IMG/VR virus record: IMGVR_UViG_3300042484_003756
Location: 1-64,000 of that record
DNA: 64,000 bases
Origin: a virus
Strand: one strand, 5' to 3'
The notes under the pieces: model-generated
What the model saw: the letters and a program-made list of their open reading frames with translations, nothing else
Database searches by the model: none
What the model was told of the DNA's origin: nothing
Made by a program: the position numbers and the translations under genes
Part shown: one piece after another, positions 37,769-48,500 of the stretch
How the letters are laid out: each line of letters begins with the position of its first letter
How positions within the stretch are numbered: position 1 is the first letter of the stretch

Positions 37769-38565
37769 AAAACCTATTAGTGAATTTTTCTGTTGGAGAT
37801 AAATGTATTGACTCATTAGAGGGGGATGTATTTCTAAATTCTCTATCAAAATTTAATACATTCGAAAAGGCTGTATTTGTAAGTAACGTAAGCCCAGCAA
37901 ATATTAAGAAGCTTGAGAAATATTTCGATATTGTAATTCCTAATAATGAAAATTTGTATACAAGTTATCTGGCATTATATAACTGGCTATCGGAACACGT
38001 TGATGAATATAAGTATGTAATGCATTCTGATTTAAGAGATGTTGTAATTCAAAAAGATCCTTTTAGTTTTTTTGAGTCAAATCCTGAAATCAATATGTTT
38101 TACTCTTTAGAAGGTATGAAAATAATTGAAAATGATTGTAACTTATGGTGGGAGCAAAATCTTAGAACAATTTTAAGATCACACAATGGTTCTTACGAAA
38201 ATGAGTATGTAATCAATGGCGGAATTTTTGGTGGAAAAATTGAGCATATGATAAACCATTGTTTGATGATGTTTTCAAACACTAATAGAAAATCTCAATT
38301 TTTAGTAATGGATCAACAGTTTTTAGGATACTTAAGTCAATATCTTAAGATGAATCCTAAAAATATGCTTTGTCACCCTTATAAAGATACTTTTGCTTGT
38401 ACTGGGGAAGCAATAAAGAGAGACAATGTTGAAGTTTATTTTGATGGAACTTATGTAACCAATAAGGACGGAGAACCTTATTGTATTTTTCATCAGTGGG
38501 ATAGAACTGAATTAGCAAAGCATTTTCAAAGTAAAGAATTAAACACCTTGCGATTCTCTCTCTAA
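37765..38565 (+). CDS. putative GT-A-fold glycosyltransferase
   Basis: SDLRDVVIQKDP (DxxD), NGGIFGG, DQ, HQWDR motifs. Confidence 0.65.
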   Translation: MKNLLVNFSVGDKCIDSLEGDVFLNSLSKFNTFEKAVFVSNVSPANIKKLEKYFDIVIPNNENLYTSYLALYNWLSEHVDEYKYVMHSDLRDVVIQKDPFSFFESNPEINMFYSLEGMKIIENDCNLWWEQNLRTILRSHNGSYENEYVINGGIFGGKIEHMINHCLMMFSNTNRKSQFLVMDQQFLGYLSQYLKMNPKNMLCHPYKDTFACTGEAIKRDNVEVYFDGTYVTNKDGEPYCIFHQWDRTELAKHFQSKELNTLRFSL

Positions 38566-39132
38566 ATCTATATCTAAGCTAGAAGCATTTTCAGGCTTTG
38601 CTTCATTTTTGGTTGCTATAATAAGCTGAATAGTTTCAAACTCTTTCATACTCAAATTTGAAAACTCTTCTTTACTCATAGAAACCAAACCTCGTGTCAT
38701 ATAATCAATTTCTACTACTAAAGGTGGCACGGGGTAGGTTTCAGTATCATTTGGATTATAATATTTTTTAGTAGCGATATAGTAAAAATTAGCTTCATCT
38801 GCATTCAAATATAGGTAGTTTTGATATTCAACCCATAATTTTTCAATTGTCTTGTGATCAATTGCATGAATCAATGATGATTCAAACTCAGGAATATAGT
38901 CTTTCTGAGTGTCTGTGTCATAAGCTCTCAAAATAGCAATATTAAGTATTTCACGTTTTTCAAATTCTGAATTCTGGTAAATAATATTATCTTTTTTTCT
39001 AAATGATTTAGCGTCAATTAATAATCCTTCTTTCCAGGTTATTTCACGGATAATAAACTTTACAGAATCAATATTGATAATGTGAACTTTATTCGATTTG
39101 TTTTTTTCGTAAAATTCAATAAATTCTTTCAT
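38539..39132 (-). CDS. putative tail assembly chaperone-like protein
   Basis: follows tube-like gene; FIIREITWKE pattern; weak. Confidence 0.4.
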   Translation of the reverse strand: MKEFIEFYEKNKSNKVHIINIDSVKFIIREITWKEGLLIDAKSFRKKDNIIYQNSEFEKREILNIAILRAYDTDTQKDYIPEFESSLIHAIDHKTIEKLWVEYQNYLYLNADEANFYYIATKKYYNPNDTETYPVPPLVVEIDYMTRGLVSMSKEEFSNLSMKEFETIQLIIATKNEAKPENASSLDIDLERESQGV

Positions 39133-40379
39133 AGTAAAAATTCTGATACTCTGCTATTTAATAACCCGTTAAAAGCTGTAAACTCTGATAGTCTGACAGT
39201 GAACTTATACTCAATAAAATAACCATTACCTGGACTTATAGTAATAGTTGGCTGTTGCCAATCTACATTTTTCATAGTGTAAAAAAATACACTTCCAAAA
39301 TACATTGTAAGTGAAGATGCATTTGTATTTATAAAACTATAATTTTGAGGACTAAAGAGTTTTATTGTGCCTGTAACCCTTCTGCTGCTCAAAGAAGCAA
39401 ATCTTGGTCCAGCAACATCATAAAAATCTTTTAATATATTTCCCTTAGAAAAACCTGGATAAGTAAAAGTAAAATCTACAGATTGTTGTATGGACAATGA
39501 CATACTAACAATTTTATGAATTGGCATACTATTTGAACTGTAAGCGTTCTGAACAGTTTTAGCAAAATCTCTAAAAGCATTACTGCCTATAAAAACACCT
39601 GAACTAAATGCGCAGTCGGAAAGATTTATAGCTCTATATTTATCTTGAAAATTATTAGACTCAGCAGTATTAAATTGACCATCTTTTTCATTCAATGGCT
39701 TAATTTTTATGTAATTATTATTTAATAAAGGTCTATTTATAGTGACCCCATCAGGTGAAATTACAGATCTACCACCTACTAAAGAACATGAAATATCAAC
39801 ATCTCCTAATTGATCCATGCCGTCTACGCTAATGTTAAAAGAGCTTATAAAAGCTGGTCCAAAAGATTTATGCGTTGGAATGCTTGAGCAAAACAATAGA
39901 GGATACAAAGGTATTATCGATGCTCTGTAAATTACATTTTCTGCTGAATATTGTTGGTTAACATTTGTTGATAATATTGGACTAAAAGAAAAATTACCTG
40001 AATATTGATATTGATTAAAAACAGGATGATTCAATACTGACAAACCAGAAAAATTCTGTACTGGTGCATAAATACTTTCACCAGAATTATCTGTGAATGA
40101 TGAACAATATAATGGTTTGTAATCATTTGAAAATCTTTTGTAAAAAAAATTTCCAGATACGTGTGTGGCTCTGTTTGTCATATTTGCACTTAGCAAATAC
40201 AAGTCCCACAAATGAGACCTTGAACCTGTAATGTTTTTAGCTATCCTATACCCACCGAAATATTTAAACTGCTGATTATATAAATCTGTCTGAGTAAAAG
40301 GAGCCAGCTCACAAACATATATATTATGTCCTGAAGCTGGGTATATTCCATTTATGACATTATTTATAATATCTGGCAT
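39129..40379 (-). CDS. tail-tube-like protein (divergent paralog)
   Basis: ISSFNISV..DISCSLVG, IVSMSLSIQQSV, RRVTGTIKLF strands parallel those of ORF 40766. Confidence 0.45.
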   Translation of the reverse strand: MPDIINNVINGIYPASGHNIYVCELAPFTQTDLYNQQFKYFGGYRIAKNITGSRSHLWDLYLLSANMTNRATHVSGNFFYKRFSNDYKPLYCSSFTDNSGESIYAPVQNFSGLSVLNHPVFNQYQYSGNFSFSPILSTNVNQQYSAENVIYRASIIPLYPLLFCSSIPTHKSFGPAFISSFNISVDGMDQLGDVDISCSLVGGRSVISPDGVTINRPLLNNNYIKIKPLNEKDGQFNTAESNNFQDKYRAINLSDCAFSSGVFIGSNAFRDFAKTVQNAYSSNSMPIHKIVSMSLSIQQSVDFTFTYPGFSKGNILKDFYDVAGPRFASLSSRRVTGTIKLFSPQNYSFINTNASSLTMYFGSVFFYTMKNVDWQQPTITISPGNGYFIEYKFTVRLSEFTAFNGLLNSRVSEFLL

Positions 40380-40766
40380 TTATTTTCCGCCTGTCATTTC
40401 TAACCATTTTTTGGATAGTGCTTTTACCAATTCATATCTCATCAAACCAACATTATGAGGATCTGGATAAAAGGTTTCCTCATTATCACCATCTTTAATC
40501 TTAATTACAGAAAAGAAACTAGTAATGATGTTTTTACAAAGTACTGAAGTTCTCAATAATGGATTACCTGTTACGGAATTGATGATAGTTGCGTCTTCAA
40601 TAATGCTTGACATATCAGCAAAATTTCTTCCTTTTACATCGCAACAAATTTCACATTTTCCATTAGGATCCATTTTGTAGCAAAGAACTTCTCCATCAGT
40701 GTTTTTAATAACATTGCAAGTGATTCTTAATTCAAATCTTTTTCCAGCGTCTACAAAAATACTCAT
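40380..40766 (-). CDS. hypothetical protein, possible tail chaperone
   Basis: small ORF coupled between two tube-like genes. Confidence 0.45.
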   Translation of the reverse strand: MSIFVDAGKRFELRITCNVIKNTDGEVLCYKMDPNGKCEICCDVKGRNFADMSSIIEDATIINSVTGNPLLRTSVLCKNIITSFFSVIKIKDGDNEETFYPDPHNVGLMRYELVKALSKKWLEMTGGK

Positions 40767-42262
40767 TAATAACTTCCTGTCGGTTTTAGTACTGGGTCAA
40801 ATGTATAGTTTTGAGTTGCTACTGAAAAATTTACTTTACTCTTCTGATAATTCATTTTAGAATGTTCTTGTGACTCGGTTGACCACACTACTTCAGGTAA
40901 CTCTAGTTTAATTGGTCCCATATCAAAAGTTATACCATCATTATTTATGCTACTTGGTCCAGATAAAAACTCAACCATTGCCCAAGGTTTCATAGGTCCA
41001 GTATAGGTAATTGATCCTGAAATTTTACGTCCTTCAGAATAATATCCATAAGGTAATGAATTCTTGAAAAAATTTAACTTTTTATCACTATTTTTGCTAT
41101 TTAAAGTAAATATTGGTTTCAAATTATTTTCAATGCTTATAGACATTTCAGTAACATATATACTATCCAATTGTGATTGTTGAAATCCTCTAAAAAGTTT
41201 AGAATCTAAAATGCCACCTAAGCCAAACAATCCATATTCTGGAGCACTTTTGTAAACTCTGACGTTATAACCATTAAGAATATAACTTGGTTTTTTCTTA
41301 AAATAATTTTCTACAATTGAGGTAAAATTGTTGAACATTTGTACTTGATAAGTTCTATCAACATTCAATACTTTTAATTCAATATTGGCAACTATTTGCT
41401 CTCCTGGAATAAAGCTTATTGTAAACTTGTCAACTAAACATCCACTTAATAAGCCTTGTTTTAAAGTAAATAATGAGAATGATGCTTCTTTTCCGTTAGA
41501 TTGTGGATAAGCAGAAATATAGGAAGTGTCTCTATTGAATCCGACATTAACTCCAGCACCAATGGTAAGCAATCTATCAGCTTTATTAATAGCAGTGACT
41601 GTTACCAAGTCATAACTTGTGTTTGTGTCGGATTTTATTTTTGCTTGAAAAGGTAAAGATAGTCCCATAAATTCGGAAATATTATCAATATAAAGCTGAC
41701 TTGTTCCAGCTGTTATGGTAGAAGCATTATCAGTTGTAAATCTACCTATAAATGAAGTTGGAGAACCTTTGAAAGCTTCAATGCAATAATCAAAAAAAGC
41801 AGCTAAAGAGAAATCTAAATATCCCCAGCTATCAACTTTGAAAGGATATGTAAAACTAACAACATATTCTTTTGGTCCTAATTGAAATGTATTTGGATTT
41901 ACCCCTTCACCTGCGTATCTTTGTCCAGCATCAGAATCTTGAGTTCCTTGCATATTAAAACTATCAATTGAAAATAAATAGTTCGTATTGATATTTGAAA
42001 ATGATAAATTGAAATCTGGATCTTCACCAAATTCTCTAGACAGTGCAAAAATATCAAAATATCCAGTTTCAAAAGCTGGCGCATATAAGTGTGAGCTAAA
42101 GTTGTTATAAGCTTCTTTATAGAGGTATTGTGATGGGAAATATTCTGAACTACCAATACTAGGAGCAATTACAGTTTGATCTACGGCAAATGCTTTAAAA
42201 TCTGATTTAAATGAACTGGCATCAATATTTTCTTTCATATCAAGCCTATGGGGTTGTTTCAA
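40766..42262 (-). CDS. tail-tube-like protein with inserted beta domain
   Basis: SGCLVDKFTISF.PGE, EMSISIENNLKP, GRKISGSIT patterns typical of phage tail tube proteins. Confidence 0.6.
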   Translation of the reverse strand: MKQPHRLDMKENIDASSFKSDFKAFAVDQTVIAPSIGSSEYFPSQYLYKEAYNNFSSHLYAPAFETGYFDIFALSREFGEDPDFNLSFSNINTNYLFSIDSFNMQGTQDSDAGQRYAGEGVNPNTFQLGPKEYVVSFTYPFKVDSWGYLDFSLAAFFDYCIEAFKGSPTSFIGRFTTDNASTITAGTSQLYIDNISEFMGLSLPFQAKIKSDTNTSYDLVTVTAINKADRLLTIGAGVNVGFNRDTSYISAYPQSNGKEASFSLFTLKQGLLSGCLVDKFTISFIPGEQIVANIELKVLNVDRTYQVQMFNNFTSIVENYFKKKPSYILNGYNVRVYKSAPEYGLFGLGGILDSKLFRGFQQSQLDSIYVTEMSISIENNLKPIFTLNSKNSDKKLNFFKNSLPYGYYSEGRKISGSITYTGPMKPWAMVEFLSGPSSINNDGITFDMGPIKLELPEVVWSTESQEHSKMNYQKSKVNFSVATQNYTFDPVLKPTGSY

Positions 42263-44696
42263 TAGTTATAAGATCGTAAATATCCCATAAAATTGGACCA
42301 TTGTTTATTCTTGTTACATCTGTTCCAGGTGTTACATAAGCGTCCAAAATTCTATCAAATACTTGTAAATCATTTCCTAATTCAAATCTTTGATTTCTTG
42401 CTGTGCCTTTTGGAACTGTAGTGGTAAGTGTTGTAGGCTCACCATTTTCACCATTCTGTGCAATAACTGTTACAACTAAATCGTTTTTAATTGTTTGATC
42501 ATCTGTTGTAGCAATTCCCGTTGTAGAACCATTGAAAATAATATTTGAAGAAGATAGATCATCTACGTAAGGAACATAAACTGATATTTTTCTAGATTCA
42601 AGTGAGACTCTATTTGTAAGCTTCATTCCACGTCTTAAAATTTCACCAGATATATTTCCGTCATCTAGGTATCCTCTAAACTTGTAATAAGCTGTTCCTC
42701 CAGTGCCAGTCCAAGAAGATCCACTATTTACAGATGTCAAACCTTGTCCAGAACTTCCTGAAATAACTCTAGTGTAAAGAGCTGTGGACCCTAAGCCAGT
42801 TGAAAAGTCTGACGGCTTGTTCAAAATCAACCAATAAGTAGTGCCTTGTAGAAGATTGGCTCCAGTGCTGAATTTTACAGTATATTCGTTTGTGCCCTGT
42901 AGAATATCTGAATTTCTTATAACTGAAGCGCTTGTGATCATTCCATTGGGCGTTGGTGTTGATCCAGTCGCAGAGTAAATTGATATAGATAAACCTGTTG
43001 TTCCAGATCCAGTAGATTGACCACCAGCAGAATATTTTAATTTAAGAGTAACTCCACCAACAAAACAATTTTCATTTGGTGTAATCTTAAACGCTGATAA
43101 TCCGTTTCTTAAAACTAAATCAGAATCATCAACTATTGAAGTCATTGTATTGTAAGATGGGTACTGAATTTCATTAATATTAGTAAGCTTTCTTTCAATC
43201 AAATCGCTACTCAATTGTGGTTTTTTGTAGACGTGATAGAAAAGTGGATTTGTTATACCAGCACCTGACCAATTTAATTCAACTAGATAATTACTTGTAG
43301 TGAAATTTGAAGAAACAAGATTGCTATATACCGGAATGCTTTCTACATATTCATCTGTCGAAATATTGTAAACAATTGTTGTTCCATAAATTTGAGTCCC
43401 AGATGACAATGAAGATATATAGTTAGAACAAGGAATAACTAAATTTGTAAATCCTGTTGCAGCTGCTGTATTATTACTTCCAATTGCGGCATTGTAAGTT
43501 ATTAGATCGCCTCTAAAAATAGCAAATGTGTGCTGAACGTCAGATCCTACAGTTTCGTAATAGGCTTTGGAGAAATTGTAAGGCAGTTCAAATCTTTCAA
43601 GTCCACTAAAAGATAAACCCTTAGAATAGAATTCTGTTTTTCTAAAAGGCTGCGTGGCTAACAATTCTCTATTAGTTTGACTTGAATTGAAAGATACAGT
43701 ACTTAGATATCTATAAACTGCAGATACTGTGTTTGAAACATAATCATTTGATTGATAAGCAGTTAGTGCTTCATTTGCGTTAGTGCAACTTTCAATAATT
43801 AAATTTTTATCGGCAGAGTCACCTAATATTTGATAAGTTGATATGTCTGTTGGCATATCAACAATAGTTCTTGTCAAGCCTGTACCTGAGTCTACTACTA
43901 CTGGATTTTCAGGATTTTTAACCATTACCTTACTTATAGGAATCCAGCTTTGAGGTAGTGGAGGAAAATAATCAAAATTATTTATATTTTCAGAAGTTTC
44001 TAAGACTGGAAAACCTGTAATAAATTTGACTCTTGGTTGAAATAAGAAAGTGACAGGATTATCAAGATAATAGGTGACAGGTAATGTTCCGAAAGAAGAC
44101 CCGTTATAGTATGAAGGATCAACTATCAATCCTGTCATATCATCTGTAGTATTTGAAAAAGTTATCAAATAGTTTCCAACAAATGCTTGAATAGGAAAGC
44201 CTAAATTCTTAGCAATTGTTGCATCTTTTACATACAAAATACTTGTTCCAGATAAACAAGTTGTGCTTACAGTTGTTGCCCAAGTTTGAGTTGCTTTTTT
44301 TACTTCAGAAATTGGTAAACCTAAAGTTACACCGTATTTATAACTTGCACCAAATCCACCTGAAGAATAATTTTTAGACCACTCTTTTTTTAACGGAATT
44401 TTTTGTGGTTGTAAATTAAATACGGATCCATTGTAAGCAACTTGTCCGCTTCTTACCGTTACATAATAAGGATCAAATGCAATGTCATAAGTTGTTTCGC
44501 ATCCTAAAGGAGCAGTTTCAAGAATACCAAAATATGGAGATCCATTATTTGCCATTGAAAGTAAATTATTTATTTCAAATATAGAAGAACCAGGAGTATC
44601 AATATCTCCAATGCCATAATTCAAAGCATCGTAAATATTACCTACTGTTTTTGTTAATTCAAGAACTATCTCTTCAACTTTTGATGATATTGCCAT
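42246..44696 (-). CDS. virion structural protein (tail/baseplate), Ser/Thr/Gly-rich
   Basis: beta-rich composition; AFKITPN...TYWLIL domain shared with ORF 45552. Confidence 0.55.
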   Translation of the reverse strand: MAISSKVEEIVLELTKTVGNIYDALNYGIGDIDTPGSSIFEINNLLSMANNGSPYFGILETAPLGCETTYDIAFDPYYVTVRSGQVAYNGSVFNLQPQKIPLKKEWSKNYSSGGFGASYKYGVTLGLPISEVKKATQTWATTVSTTCLSGTSILYVKDATIAKNLGFPIQAFVGNYLITFSNTTDDMTGLIVDPSYYNGSSFGTLPVTYYLDNPVTFLFQPRVKFITGFPVLETSENINNFDYFPPLPQSWIPISKVMVKNPENPVVVDSGTGLTRTIVDMPTDISTYQILGDSADKNLIIESCTNANEALTAYQSNDYVSNTVSAVYRYLSTVSFNSSQTNRELLATQPFRKTEFYSKGLSFSGLERFELPYNFSKAYYETVGSDVQHTFAIFRGDLITYNAAIGSNNTAAATGFTNLVIPCSNYISSLSSGTQIYGTTIVYNISTDEYVESIPVYSNLVSSNFTTSNYLVELNWSGAGITNPLFYHVYKKPQLSSDLIERKLTNINEIQYPSYNTMTSIVDDSDLVLRNGLSAFKITPNENCFVGGVTLKLKYSAGGQSTGSGTTGLSISIYSATGSTPTPNGMITSASVIRNSDILQGTNEYTVKFSTGANLLQGTTYWLILNKPSDFSTGLGSTALYTRVISGSSGQGLTSVNSGSSWTGTGGTAYYKFRGYLDDGNISGEILRRGMKLTNRVSLESRKISVYVPYVDDLSSSNIIFNGSTTGIATTDDQTIKNDLVVTVIAQNGENGEPTTLTTTVPKGTARNQRFELGNDLQVFDRILDAYVTPGTDVTRINNGPILWDIYDLITIETTP

Positions 44697-44697
44697 T

Positions 44698-45552
44698 TTA
44701 TATATTTATACTCAACTCTGATGATAGATAGGATAAAAGTCTGCTTGGTAAAAGTTGATTAGAATTTTGCCAATAAGATTTAAAATCTGGCTCCCAAGTT
44801 GAATTTCCTGCCCAATTTTCAATAATTTCTTTTGTTAAATTTTTCTGTGTATTATATTGTTCTGAAATTATTACATAATTTCTTATAATTGAACCAACTA
44901 CTATTTTAGAAATATTCTCTTCCGTATATCCAAAGTATCCTCTTGGTAATCTTTCATCTATAAGTTTGAAAAATACTCTAGAGTTTTTTATCGTCCCATC
45001 GTAATAAGAAACGTCTGCAATGAATTTATAAATTTCTAATTGATAAGTTTTATTTGTAGTAAAAGATAACTCTTGAGATGTTTTTATAATCTCTTCAGCA
45101 GTAGTAATATCTATGTCTTTACTTATAATAAGAGGACTACCGCTAGGGTCACTTTTTGGTCTTGCTAAAGAAAATGTAAGTTCTTCTCCCTCTGAACTAT
45201 CAGAGGTTAAAAATACTTTTCCAAATATGTAACCGTCTGACATTATGTCAAGATTTCCTAATATTTGTTGAATCGTATAACCTTGTTCGTTACCTGTAGG
45301 AAGTTCTATATTTGAAGTAGATAAAGCTGTCTTAACAAGTCCTTTGCCAAAACTTAAAACATCTAAAACCATATTGAAGTTTTGTGATTTTATAGCTGAT
45401 AATCCATACAATAACTGTAAATTTCGCTCAACTGTATTATTTGACAAAGCATATTCTTGAGAAGCTAAAGCAATATCTACAGTTTTTTCTGTTTGGTCTA
45501 AAGCAAGCACTAGATTATTCATTGTGATTGCTGACGCATAATTCATTGCCAT
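44698..45552 (-). CDS. hypothetical virion protein
   Basis: 284-aa ORF coupled within tail operon. Confidence 0.5.
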   Translation of the reverse strand: MAMNYASAITMNNLVLALDQTEKTVDIALASQEYALSNNTVERNLQLLYGLSAIKSQNFNMVLDVLSFGKGLVKTALSTSNIELPTGNEQGYTIQQILGNLDIMSDGYIFGKVFLTSDSSEGEELTFSLARPKSDPSGSPLIISKDIDITTAEEIIKTSQELSFTTNKTYQLEIYKFIADVSYYDGTIKNSRVFFKLIDERLPRGYFGYTEENISKIVVGSIIRNYVIISEQYNTQKNLTKEIIENWAGNSTWEPDFKSYWQNSNQLLPSRLLSYLSSELSINI

Positions 45553-48500
45553 TATTTGTTCCTAATCACAATCTTGTCAGTAAGTGGAAATCCATAATAT
45601 TGATCATTGATTTCGTCTAAAGTTTTACCAACAACTAAATAAGAAAGTTTTTCTATTTTATTACTGTCAATCAAAATAGGACTTACTGATGAATCTTGAT
45701 AGAAAGAACTATCAACATCCTGCCAAGTTGTTGATCCAGTTTTCCTCCATTCCAATTTCAAGTTATGTATATTCTGATAATTATTAAATTGTAACTCTAA
45801 GGATATTGGTTGTGAGCTTCCAGTTGCTACATATGAAGTAGTGAAAGATGTTGAAGTTTTGTTTTTCCAATTACTGATATAAGGTTTTTCTTCATTATTG
45901 ATATATAACTTTATTCCGCCATTTGTAGTTACTTTAAAATCAAAAGTTGACCCTAATGAAGATTGAGTTGTAAAATCTCCAATTGCATATCCATTAAAAT
46001 AATTTGTTTGTCCTAGCCCACTAAAATTATCAAAGTTTATATTGTAATGAGCTGAAGTTATATTACTCATATCGTTACTATCTAATTCAAGATAATTCCA
46101 AGATGATTTGCTATACCATTGAGCTATCCATGTCGGAGATTTATCAAGTTTCACATAAGTTGTTTGCAATTGGTTATTGACAAAATACTTAAGATATAAG
46201 TGGATATCATTTGCTCTCTTGATGTATCTATTAAGATTATCTCCAAAATAGTGAGTATTTGCGGACCCTGAAAGATTGCTGCTAAGGTAGATTTTATAAT
46301 TATTATTTATTGAATCGTAAATCAAGTTTGTGATAGCTGTTCCACTAGTAATTACATTAGAAGTGACAGCAATTCCGACCATTACTGATGTATCAAAATT
46401 TTCTTCTGGTATGTAAAGAAGATTTGTCCCAGATGTTCCAGTAGCTCCAATTGCAGTTACTCTTGAAACAAATGATCTTGGATAAATATATAATTGAGAT
46501 GGAGTAAATAATTCTTGATTGTTTATTGACCAAAATTCATCTACATAATAATCCGTATTATTTGCTCTAGTTTTGTTAGGTTCAGGCAAAACTAAAGAAG
46601 AATTATTAAAGTCCCTATTGAAAGCTGCGTAAATTTCATCATCTAATCCATAAAAAATAACATATGGAGTGCCTGTAGAAGATGTCCAAGAATATCCATC
46701 ATAAAAAGCTATATTTGTTGCTGTTGGGGAAGCACTTTCTTGGATTTGCAATCTTAAATCGTATTTAATTACATAGTTTTGATTAGTGCTTGTTCCTGCG
46801 CTTTCTGAAATAGTCATTGAGGAAGATGAGCCAATAGATGCAATTTCATACCAAGTTGAAATATCACTATAACTAGAACTACCAAATCCTATAGAAGCAT
46901 ATTTTTGATATTTATTAAAATCAGCAGTTGTATTTTTTGATGGGTTGTAAAGTCCACTTACTGCTGTTCCACTTACACTTACTAATCCTAAAGTTTTGCT
47001 ATCATAATTTGGAGGATTAGTATTTGAATCAAATACAATCCAATATGTTCTGCTTTTTGTTAGTGAATAATTTACATAGAAGTAAACATCGTCAAGAATA
47101 TTTTTGATGCTTTTGTAAAAAACTTTTGAGCCTGTAATAAGTTTTGAATTAGGAAGACCATTTTTATTATCCCAAATACTACATTGAATATAAGCATCAG
47201 GATTATTACATACCGCTAAACTTTGCAATCTAATCTTTAATGACTTGATATTTTGATAATCATTTGGCGTTATCTTGAAAGCAAATCTGTTGTAATTAAC
47301 ACTCTTATATCCACCTTTTGTATCCTGGATAATGTTAGTTGCATCAATTATAGAAATTTGTTGTTTGAATACATTTTCTAAATTATTTATAGAAGTGTCA
47401 GAAGTCGAGTATCCAGCAATACTTATTAAGAAAGAATCAGATCTTAAATCTAATAAATTTTGAGCAGTGAAAGTTTTGAAATCTTTTTCTCCACCAGTGA
47501 CTTCATTATAGTTAGAAATCCAATGTATATTTTTGTTATATCTGTAGTTGGAAACAGTCATGCCAATTTCTTTAATGTTTGAAAATGTATTAGAAAATTG
47601 GCTAGAATCAGGCGTGTAAAAAGATTTTGTCAATTCATAATCACTAATTTTATCTTGTATTTCAGCTTCAGTAATATTAGGATTTGAAAGTTTAAGATTG
47701 CTTATAAAATCTGATTTGGTTTGTTTTGTTTGATCAACAGGCTGGACTTGCTTAGTTAATATTGCTCTACTCTCTCCCATTTGCATATTTGGAATGATCG
47801 CAGCACTACCAAATAGTCTATATTCTTCTATGGAATTGAAAGTGCCAGGAGAATTACTGGTTTTTTCTGTTTGTGATCCTTGTTTAAAATACCCAGAAGT
47901 GGATAAATTTTTCTTTTGTCTATTAGTATATTCGTCATCAGTGATAAAGAATTTTGATGAATTTAATTTTATATTTTTTATAAATTTATCACTAGAAGAA
48001 TTTTCAAAAACAATTGAAAATGAATAATCTTTAGTCAATCTATTTCCATTGTTTTCTTGGTCTAGCTCACCTTGTGTGTTAGAAAACTCTTGATAAAATT
48101 CAAATTCTGTATTATTTTCAAAATTTATATTTTTCAAAGTCATTCCATTTTCATCATATTTAAATGCTAATGTAGTGGGAGGTTTGGTAAGCCAAGATAT
48201 CATAGCATTTGCGCCTGTTTCTTGAACTTCAATATTGATAGGTTCTGTTTCTAATGGACTGTTTTTAACTCCGTAAAATTGATTATCTACTGTAGTTTTA
48301 TAATTTTCCTCAAGAGTCAAATAATTATCATTTATAATTGATAAAACTTGCCCATATAAAGACATACCATCAGAACTGTAAAGATAATCACCTTCAGTAA
48401 TTTCTGTAGTAAATTTAGACAAATTTCCAATAACTACATTATTTCCTGAAGAAATTGTAATTTTTCCAGAACCTTTAGTCGTTTGATAATTTGATTTTAA

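Noticed and set aside
40380-40395. Programmed -1 frameshift of a tail assembly chaperone (GGCGGAAAA TAA)
   Set aside because: Not a canonical X XXY YYZ heptamer, and the next gene has its own ATG directly after the stop.
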